27,695 bases of DNA from a virus. Taxonomy: Duplodnaviria > Caudoviricetes. Where the stretch lies: positions 1 to 27,695 of IMG/VR virus record IMGVR_UViG_3300029825_000041; one strand, 5' to 3'. Positions 1 through 6,855 of the stretch are shown here, piece after piece (positions within the stretch are counted from its first letter, which is position 1; the number at the start of each line of letters is the position of its first letter). The position numbers and the translations under genes are program-made. The notes under the pieces were generated by a model. It was given only the letters and a program-made list of their open reading frames with translations. It had not been told where the DNA came from and made no database searches.

Positions 1-1229
1 CCGTAACAGACGGAAGCCCAGTCATTATCTGCAGCAGAGGTGCGTATGGTCCAAGTGATGCCGTCGGGTGACGTCATGACACGGTTACCAGTACCAGTAC
101 TTGCTACCGCAACAAACAGCCCATTACCGTAACAGACGGAATACCAGTAAATATCTGCAGCAGAGGTGCGTATGGTCCAAGTGATGCCGTCGGGTGATGT
201 CATGACACGGTTGCCAGTACCATTAATAGCAACAGCAACAAACAGCCCATTACCGTAGCAGACGGAAATCCAGGTATTATCTGCAGCAGAGGTGCGTATG
301 GTCCAAGTGATGCCGTCGGGTGATGTCATGACACGGTTGCCAGTACCACTAATAGCAACAGCAACAAACAGCCCATTACCGTAACAGACGGAACGCCAGT
401 TATTATCTGCAGCAGAGGTGCGTATGGTCCAAGTGATGCCGTCGGGTGACGTCATGACACGGTTACCAGTACCACTATAAGCTACCGCAACAAACAGCCC
501 ATTACCGTAGCAGACGGAACGCCAGTCATTATCTGCAGCAGAGGTGCGTATGGTCCAAGGCGCTGATGAAACTCCAGTTGGATGCTTTTCTGTTACTTCC
601 TCTAATGAAAAAATCATTGTCATGACACGGTTGCCAGTGCCACTATTTGCCACCGCAACAAACAGCCCATTACCGTAACAGACGGAACGCCAGTTATTAT
701 CTGCAGCAGAGGTGCGTATGGTCCAAGTGATGCCGTCGGGTGCCGTCATGACACGGTTGCCAGTACCAGTATTTGCCACCGCAACAAACAGCCCATTACC
801 GTAGCAGACGGAAGTCCAGGTATTATCTGCAGCAGAGGTGCGTATGGTCCAAGTGATGCCGTCGGGTGACGTCATGACACGGTTGCCAGTGCCACTATTT
901 GCCACCGCAACAAACAGCCCATTACCGTAGCAGACGGAACGCCAGTTATTATCTGCAGCAGAGGTGCGTATGGTCCAAGTGATGCCGTCGGGTGACGTCA
1001 TAACATGGTTACCAGTACCACTATAAGCTACCGCAACAAACAGCCCATTACCGTAGCAGACGGAAATCCAGTCATTATTCGCAGCAGAGGTGCGTATGGT
1101 CCAAGTGATGCCGTCGGGTGATGTCATGACACGGTTGCCAAGGCCACTAATAGCAACAGCAACAAACAGCCCATTACCGTAGCAGACGGAAGTCCAGTAA
1201 ATATCTGCAGCAGAGGTGCGTATGGTCCA
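1..1229 (-). repeat. Ten coding tandem repeats of 126 bp (42 aa), arranged as 5 copies + 60-bp linker + at least 5 copies
   Basis: ccgta(a/g)cagacggaa recurs at 1, 127, 253, 379, 505, 673, 799, 925, 1051 and 1177 (period 126, one 168 step). Consensus WTIRTSAAD[NI][NDTY]W[RTIYA]SVCYGNGLFVAVA[NIYS][STN]GTGNRVMTSPDGIT. Linker 558-617 encodes MIFSLEEVTEKHPTGVSSAP. Confidence 0.98.
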
Positions 1230-2972
1230 AGGCTGTAAAATTTCTGAAGGATAACTTCCTTCTCCAACGTTAAGAGAACCGAGCATCCCTATGCCCGTAT
1301 CACCGCTAAAGGTTTTTCCTCGAAGTACATCTTGTGCTAAGGCGTCCCCAACTGCTTCCTCTGGCGGTATTAAAGTTCCAATAATTGCAGTATCATCATC
1401 GTTGCTGAAAGTCTTACCAGCTAGTACGTCTCCAGCAATGGCGGTACCCTCCGCACTAGCTTGCAGAAAAAAACGGCCACCGCTTGTAGTATCATACCAG
1501 ACGGTATACATCTTACCAGCAATGAGTTTTGGAGCAGTTGTGGTATTTGGTTTATAGAGAGGAAGACCATTAATGGTGGTTGCAGAACCATTATTATTAG
1601 CAGAAGCAATAAATGCTAACTTACCTCCCTGAACTAGTAAGAAACTTGTGGCATCAACTGTAATAGCGGTAGCCGTACCGCCAGCCGTCGGAGCCGCATT
1701 AAATGGGTCGACATAAGCTTTTGGCGTCGCGGCATCTGTTAAAACTGGAGCTCCAACTCTTAACTGGCCGCCAGTAGTTCTTATCGGGATGGTTGATACT
1801 GTCGGAGTATCGGCCACCGTAATTGGTGTTGGAGCACCGCTTGCATTATTTGCATATACAACATTAGCCGTAGCGCTCTTATCAAGTTTATTTTGAGATA
1901 AATCAATAATATCACTTTGAGCTTCTCCGATGGTGCCCGTTATGCTATCCCAGCCAATAACAGACATAGTTCCATCAGTTTCGACAAAGACTTTACCGTC
2001 TGTCGTAGATGATTTAACAATGCCCAATGTTGTTGTATTGGCGATGCCGATGGGGTCATACTCAATGACGAATGTGAAGTCCCACACAGCGCCATTTCTG
2101 ACGTAGCGAGTAGTTGCTCCACTTTTAGTCTCATCATCGAGGACATACGTAAAGTCACCAGTTTTAACACTTGAAGGTACAACGTAGGCTGTTAAAGCCG
2201 CTTTGGTGGCGAAACTCACACCAATAAACCGTCCTCCAAGGTTAATAAGAGTGTTGACATCATTGCGAAGAGCTGTAATCTCATTGTATGCCTCGGGCGT
2301 CATAACGCCCATATCCTCATCAGAGACCACGGGAAGAGTCCGAGTATATTGCGTTGTCTGTTGCGTGGATGCATTGTAGCGAGTAATAGTTACAAGAACC
2401 TTGGTTTCATCGGCTGAATATACCCAGTCCGTAATAACTTGAACCAATTCCGTTCTATTAACCTTAATGTTGTTGAGATTGGTCTCTGCATTGGTTGCCC
2501 TGGTAACCTCAGCCCCTTCGGCAGCTGTCGCCCGAACAATCTCATCTGCCAGACCTTTAACTAAACCAGAACCAGCTCCGCCAACGGTCGTTTTAAGAGC
2601 CGAAATATCAGTACCTTGCGTCGCAACGGTACCCTGAGTTGTCGTGAGTCTGGTATCGACATCTCTAATGTTATCCTGTACATCCAAGAAGTCAGTTGCC
2701 CTCAATACACGAGCAGCCTTAGACCCCGCGACCCAAGCATAAGCCGGCGTGCCTCTGGCAATGGTGAGTTGATTGTTTTCCAAATTCTGGGCAGTTACCA
2801 TGACGGTCTCTGTGAGTGTCTTGTCAATGCCGATAGTCAGAGGATAAGGTAGTGTTTGAGGAAGCGCCGCGGCACTAGAAACTGTCATCAATGTGTCAAC
2901 GGCAGAAATATCACCAAGCAGAAAGGTTGTAGGCGAATCTTTCTGCGGAGGATACATAGTTCTAAACGCCAT
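1..2972 (-). CDS. Tail fibre / receptor-binding protein, >990 aa, 3'-truncated by the window edge; C-terminal tandem Asp-box beta-propeller repeats
   Basis: Not in the ORF track. Manual translation gives ATG at 2972 with RBS GAAAGGAG (MAFRTMYPPQKDSPTTFLLG...), and I found no stop down to base 1 (2972-1229 = 581 codons, in frame with the repeats). Contains coiled-coil EIVRATAAE/EVTRATNAE, fibre-repeat-like ANTTTLGIVKSS, two DVLxGKTFS motifs, then 42-aa repeats with TSPDGITW. Lies directly downstream of the Tal gene. Confidence 0.88.
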   Translation of the reverse strand, partial: MAFRTMYPPQKDSPTTFLLGDISAVDTLMTVSSAAALPQTLPYPLTIGIDKTLTETVMVTAQNLENNQLTIARGTPAYAWVAGSKAARVLRATDFLDVQDNIRDVDTRLTTTQGTVATQGTDISALKTTVGGAGSGLVKGLADEIVRATAAEGAEVTRATNAETNLNNIKVNRTELVQVITDWVYSADETKVLVTITRYNASTQQTTQYTRTLPVVSDEDMGVMTPEAYNEITALRNDVNTLINLGGRFIGVSFATKAALTAYVVPSSVKTGDFTYVLDDETKSGATTRYVRNGAVWDFTFVIEYDPIGIANTTTLGIVKSSTTDGKVFVETDGTMSVIGWDSITGTIGEAQSDIIDLSQNKLDKSATANVVYANNASGAPTPITVADTPTVSTIPIRTTGGQLRVGAPVLTDAATPKAYVDPFNAAPTAGGTATAITVDATSFLLVQGGKLAFIASANNNGSATTINGLPLYKPNTTTAPKLIAGKMYTVWYDTTSGGRFFLQASAEGTAIAGDVLAGKTFSNDDDTAIIGTLIPPEEAVGDALAQDVLRGKTFSGDTGIGMLGSLNVGEGSYPSEILQPWTIRTSAADIYWTSVCYGNGLFVAVAISGLGNRVMTSPDGITWTIRTSAANNDWISVCYGNGLFVAVAYSGTGNHVMTSPDGITWTIRTSAADNNWRSVCYGNGLFVAVANSGTGNRVMTSPDGITWTIRTSAADNTWTSVCYGNGLFVAVANTGTGNRVMTAPDGITWTIRTSAADNNWRSVCYGNGLFVAVANSGTGNRVMTMIFSLEEVTEKHPTGVSSAPWTIRTSAADNDWRSVCYGNGLFVAVAYSGTGNRVMTSPDGITWTIRTSAADNNWRSVCYGNGLFVAVAISGTGNRVMTSPDGITWTIRTSAADNTWISVCYGNGLFVAVAINGTGNRVMTSPDGITWTIRTSAADIYWYSVCYGNGLFVAVASTGTGNRVMTSPDGITWTIRTSAADNDWASVCY

Positions 2973-2992
2973 TGTTATTCTCCTTTCAAAGG

Positions 2993-5059
2993 TTAGTATT
3001 GTTTTCCGCCATGCATATTGGTGAACAGACGGATTTGGAAGATGCATTCTACACGAGTTAATGTATTTGGCACAACTCGAATAGTATGTTTACCACGAAG
3101 AATATCACCGTTTGCATTCTTACTCATATAATCGATAAGATTAACATTTGAAATACTTGAACTATAAACTCCAACAAGTACTTCATCCAAATACACATTC
3201 ATACTTGAAGCCACAGGACCTTGAAAAATCCCATATTCAATATCATGTGTGTGGTTTGGAAGGGAAAACTCATGGTGATGAGCAGGGATGTCAACCTGAT
3301 GAGCATGTGTTGGAATATTAATGCCATGAGTATGCGCAGGAAGATAGACATCATGTGTATGTGTTGGAAGATACACATAATGCGAATGATATGGAATATT
3401 TACAGTATGGGAATGACTTGGAATGGTTATTTGATGATAATGATCGCCAGACCAAACAAAGTTGGCTGAAGAATACCCAACATTTGTAACTTTTCCATCA
3501 GCATCTTTTGTTACACTAATCCCAGTTAAAAGAGGTCCGGCAGGAAGACCATGGTTATGAACTCCAGGAGCATTTTGTGATGGCCACACATTAGTAACAC
3601 TCACAGAATAAGAGGTCCCACCTCCACTCGACGAAGAAGTTGTTCTTCCACCGCCATCTGCACTGACAATTGTGCTTCCACCACCGCCATAACTTGACCG
3701 TGTTGTCTCTCCGCCATCTAAAGAGGTAAGAGTGTTAGCACCGCCACCTCTACTGGTGACTGTACTGCTACCCCCATCATCTGTCGTCCTGTCACCCCCG
3801 CCACCTCCGTGAATGGCTTTAGAGTAAGCACGAAAGTTAGTAAGGTTGCAAGTAAACACAATTTCATTTACATGCACCACATTATCAGGGATAATAAATG
3901 TAACCTCGGCGGGGTTGATGGGGTCGGCATTATCAACAAATGAATCGGTGAAGATGGACTCAGCGCCTTGTGAGTAGTTCTCAGCAATACGTTGTCTGTC
4001 AGCCAGTTCGGCAAGACTTGTACTAATGTCAATCGTCCCTTGGCCAAGAGAAACTTTACCAGACTGAGGAGCTCCCGTCACATCATTTTTTGTGATAGTT
4101 GTAACGGTCATAAGTTCATCAAGACCAATTGAAACAACCCTAACAGTATCCCCAATATTGAGATTGCCCGCCGTATAAATGGTTTGAATGTCCAGTTCAT
4201 AAGTCACCGCAGGCTCTTCGAGTTGGTCAAGCATTGCCTGACCAACTGCAAGAAGTGAATCAGCAACGGTAAACCGCTCATCTGTCCAAGTCTGAGTAAT
4301 GACTCCATATTTCTCAATATTAGGACTATCGATATATGGAAGACCATTATTAACTTCAGAAATTCCCAGCACATTATCTCCATCACCATATCCATAGCAA
4401 TAGAGACGAGTGGTAAGATTTGTTGGATCGACAGTTCGAGTTAAACCATTCAAGTTTTTTCGATATCGGATATCAGCCTTAGGGACCGGAATTGTCTGTT
4501 TTAAACTGAGGCTCCAGGGAAAAGACTGGGTGTCAAACTCCCAGTAATAGTCAGTCTCTTCAAATGGCTGGACAATTGAAAATAATGCGCTAAGTAAATT
4601 CTCGTTCTGCCACCCGTATAAGAATTGATGATCATAGTCGCAGTCCTTGAGAACCCACCGAGTATCTGATTGATTATCAAGAATATAACCAATGGACTGG
4701 GCTGTATAGACTCCAGTATTGCCTACTTCATGATAACCGATCATTATGTCATCTAATAAGGTACTAAGGACATGCTCGAGTTGATAAACTATATTAGCAT
4801 CAGTTCCAAGAGTATCCTCAACACGAGGCATAATTCGGAATAAGCCGACATACCGGTTTTTCCCTCCCGCATCTTCATCCCAAAGTTCAACCAAGTTAAA
4901 TGATTGACAATACTTTGTTTTAGGGTCAGAATACGGGAGGGAGAATTGACCGGTCCAAAGTGTGGCCGTGTTTTTTACATAGCCAATGTTGTATGCATTT
5001 TGTAGATAGGCAAGACGCTTCCTAGTATGCCCATCATATACAGAGATAAATTTAGCCAT
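2993..5059 (-). CDS. Tal / baseplate hub-tail spike protein (prophage tail endopeptidase-like N-terminus) with Gly-repeat and HxH-repeat needle
   Basis: 688 aa with RBS AAGGAGG; follows the Dit genes. Has IRYRKNLNGLTRTVD..LTTRLYCYGYG and SPNIEKYG..WTDERF motifs typical of siphophage Tal, and eight HxH motifs at 9-aa spacing near the C-terminus. Confidence 0.8.
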   Translation of the reverse strand: MAKFISVYDGHTRKRLAYLQNAYNIGYVKNTATLWTGQFSLPYSDPKTKYCQSFNLVELWDEDAGGKNRYVGLFRIMPRVEDTLGTDANIVYQLEHVLSTLLDDIMIGYHEVGNTGVYTAQSIGYILDNQSDTRWVLKDCDYDHQFLYGWQNENLLSALFSIVQPFEETDYYWEFDTQSFPWSLSLKQTIPVPKADIRYRKNLNGLTRTVDPTNLTTRLYCYGYGDGDNVLGISEVNNGLPYIDSPNIEKYGVITQTWTDERFTVADSLLAVGQAMLDQLEEPAVTYELDIQTIYTAGNLNIGDTVRVVSIGLDELMTVTTITKNDVTGAPQSGKVSLGQGTIDISTSLAELADRQRIAENYSQGAESIFTDSFVDNADPINPAEVTFIIPDNVVHVNEIVFTCNLTNFRAYSKAIHGGGGGDRTTDDGGSSTVTSRGGGANTLTSLDGGETTRSSYGGGGSTIVSADGGGRTTSSSSGGGTSYSVSVTNVWPSQNAPGVHNHGLPAGPLLTGISVTKDADGKVTNVGYSSANFVWSGDHYHQITIPSHSHTVNIPYHSHYVYLPTHTHDVYLPAHTHGINIPTHAHQVDIPAHHHEFSLPNHTHDIEYGIFQGPVASSMNVYLDEVLVGVYSSSISNVNLIDYMSKNANGDILRGKHTIRVVPNTLTRVECIFQIRLFTNMHGGKQY

Positions 5060-5086
5060 CTAAGAACGTCCTCCTTCCATTTTGAC

Positions 5087-5860
5087 TTACAGCCATCGAT
5101 TCTGCCAGATCGCTACAACATCCATAGTAACATCCGCGTCGACATCAATAATGATCTCGTTTTCTCCGGGGCTTAATTCAAAGAAGATAGAATCAGACGT
5201 AATCGATGAAACATCTTCAATTGGACCGAACAAAACTTGAAGTAGATCAGTGTCGATTGTAATTGTTTCTCCTGGAAGGAAGTTAATTCCAATCAATTCA
5301 ATTACATTTTCATTCAAAGCGCCAAGACGTCTTAGAACGAAAGCGCCATCTCCTTGATGTAAAATACCAAGCGGCAACTGAAGTCGAGTTTGTGCCGACA
5401 TCCCACCTGTACCCTGCAAAATACCATTCACCGCAACAGCTAACACAGGTCTTGGTGTAAAGACGCCTGTACCAGACAATGTTGCAAGAATTCTTTGAGT
5501 TAAGTACATTTGAGAGCTGACAGACAACCCGCCATAGCCACTTAATGCCGCGGCAATTGGTGTCCTGATTGTAAGTTTTGGAGACAACGCTCCTTGACCA
5601 CTTAATGCGGTCGCGGTTGACCGCCTAAGTATCATCGTTACATTCTGAACGTTACCAACTCCTGCAAATGATTGAGAAAGCTGCTGGACCATTCGAATAT
5701 TTGGAGTAAGTGATCCTTGCCCACTTACTCCGCCGCTGATTGGTGTTTTAACAGTGAGGTAAAAGGTAGCTTGACCAGATCCAAGGATGGTGAGAGCAAA
5801 TCCTTCTGAGGAGACGCTTCTGTCGAAAGCGTTTCGGTCAAATAAGAATTTGTCGAACAT
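5087..5860 (-). CDS. Minor tail protein: ~19-20-aa xGxGxL repeats fused to a Dit-like C-terminal domain
   Basis: 257 aa with RBS GAGGAGGTG. Repeats SGQGSL/SGQGAL/SGYGGL/SGTGVF. The C-terminus GETITIDTD...FFELSPGENEI...WQNRWL matches the usual end of siphovirus Dit proteins. Confidence 0.65.
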   Translation of the reverse strand: MFDKFLFDRNAFDRSVSSEGFALTILGSGQATFYLTVKTPISGGVSGQGSLTPNIRMVQQLSQSFAGVGNVQNVTMILRRSTATALSGQGALSPKLTIRTPIAAALSGYGGLSVSSQMYLTQRILATLSGTGVFTPRPVLAVAVNGILQGTGGMSAQTRLQLPLGILHQGDGAFVLRRLGALNENVIELIGINFLPGETITIDTDLLQVLFGPIEDVSSITSDSIFFELSPGENEIIIDVDADVTMDVVAIWQNRWL

Positions 5861-5884
5861 GACGCGTCACCTCCTCATATTTAT

Positions 5885-6280
5885 TTAAGTCTCAGAGACA
5901 GTGAGAGAACCGATCGGGACGATGGGTTGAACACCTTGGTTGAGCTGATAGGTTGCCGCCAGAGACCCGTAATAGACGAGATCGCCGCCGGTCTGGGCCG
6001 TCCTTAGGGCCGCATAAGCGATGGTGCCGCTTGCCGAAGGAACTACACCGAACTGAATAGCGCCCGAGTTCTGAATGGTAGCAGAACCACCAGAAAGTGA
6101 GGGAGGCCCAAATGTGACGGCCTGTCTCTGATAGCCATCATAGTTAGCCTCCGTGCCGACGTCAGCATCAGTAGGGTTGGTTGAATACAGCGCCAGATAA
6201 AGCTGGGCCGGCTGTGCAACCGACTGGTTACGGCAGAGGAAATTGAGCACCATCTGCTTCGAAACATTTGCTTTAGGCAT
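5885..6280 (-). CDS. Small virion structural (minor tail) protein
   Basis: 131 aa with RBS AGGAGG. LYLALYSTNP..D..GTE..YDGYQRQAVTF is a motif I recognise from small phage tail-associated proteins; located in the baseplate region. Confidence 0.65.
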   Translation of the reverse strand: MPKANVSKQMVLNFLCRNQSVAQPAQLYLALYSTNPTDADVGTEANYDGYQRQAVTFGPPSLSGGSATIQNSGAIQFGVVPSASGTIAYAALRTAQTGGDLVYYGSLAATYQLNQGVQPIVPIGSLTVSET

Positions 6281-6291
6281 GATGAATCCTC

Positions 6292-6843
6292 CTAATTCTC
6301 AATAAATTTTTGGGTGATGATAAGGTTGTGAATCGGCGTATCGCCAGTATTTCTGATAACAAGCCGAACCGGAGTTGCAATGGTTCCATCTGTTGTGAGA
6401 GTAATCGGGGTGCCAGAGGCAACATCCTCAAAGTGAAGTTGCTGAGCAGTTTCGTATGCGAATGGATGATTGATGGTGAACTCCAAGTCAAATGTTGCAT
6501 ATTGCATCGCCATTTGCTTGACAGTCGGTGGAGCAGAACTTAAGAATGCATTGTAATGCATCTCAGGCTCATAATCGAAGGTTAGCTCTCCGACACCGGA
6601 GAGCCAACCCGCGATTAACCGTACCTGCCGTTGGAGGAGTTCGCCAGGCCGAGGACTATATGAACAAGAGATGGATTCTACACGACTGTTGTATCCACCA
6701 TCTTCTTGAATAAATGATTCAGACCGTCCCGGAATCTCAATCAGTGTTCGCCGCTTTTGCGGAAGAAGCACGCGAGACTCAGGAGTCTCATATACTCCGT
6801 ATGTGCTACTATGCACACCTTTAAAGGTAAATCCGCCTTCCAA
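6292..6843 (-). CDS. Distal tail protein (Dit), N-terminal/belt part
   Basis: 183 aa, TTG start with RBS AGGAGG, immediately after the tape measure gene. Motifs FTFKGVHS, IEIPGRS, IAGWL..GELTFDYEP..YNA and FTINHPFAY are Dit-like. Confidence 0.8.
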   Translation of the reverse strand: MEGGFTFKGVHSSTYGVYETPESRVLLPQKRRTLIEIPGRSESFIQEDGGYNSRVESISCSYSPRPGELLQRQVRLIAGWLSGVGELTFDYEPEMHYNAFLSSAPPTVKQMAMQYATFDLEFTINHPFAYETAQQLHFEDVASGTPITLTTDGTIATPVRLVIRNTGDTPIHNLIITQKFIEN

Positions 6844-6855
6844 TATACTCGCCTC

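Noticed and set aside
1-1229. CRISPR array or non-coding repeat array
   Set aside because: The period is 126 bp (a multiple of 3), the whole unit is repeated with no unique spacers, and the array is an open frame continuous with the tail-fibre gene.
1291-2852. Short ORFs listed at 1291, 1421, 1940 and 2616
   Set aside because: All lie within the long tail-fibre frame that the track missed.
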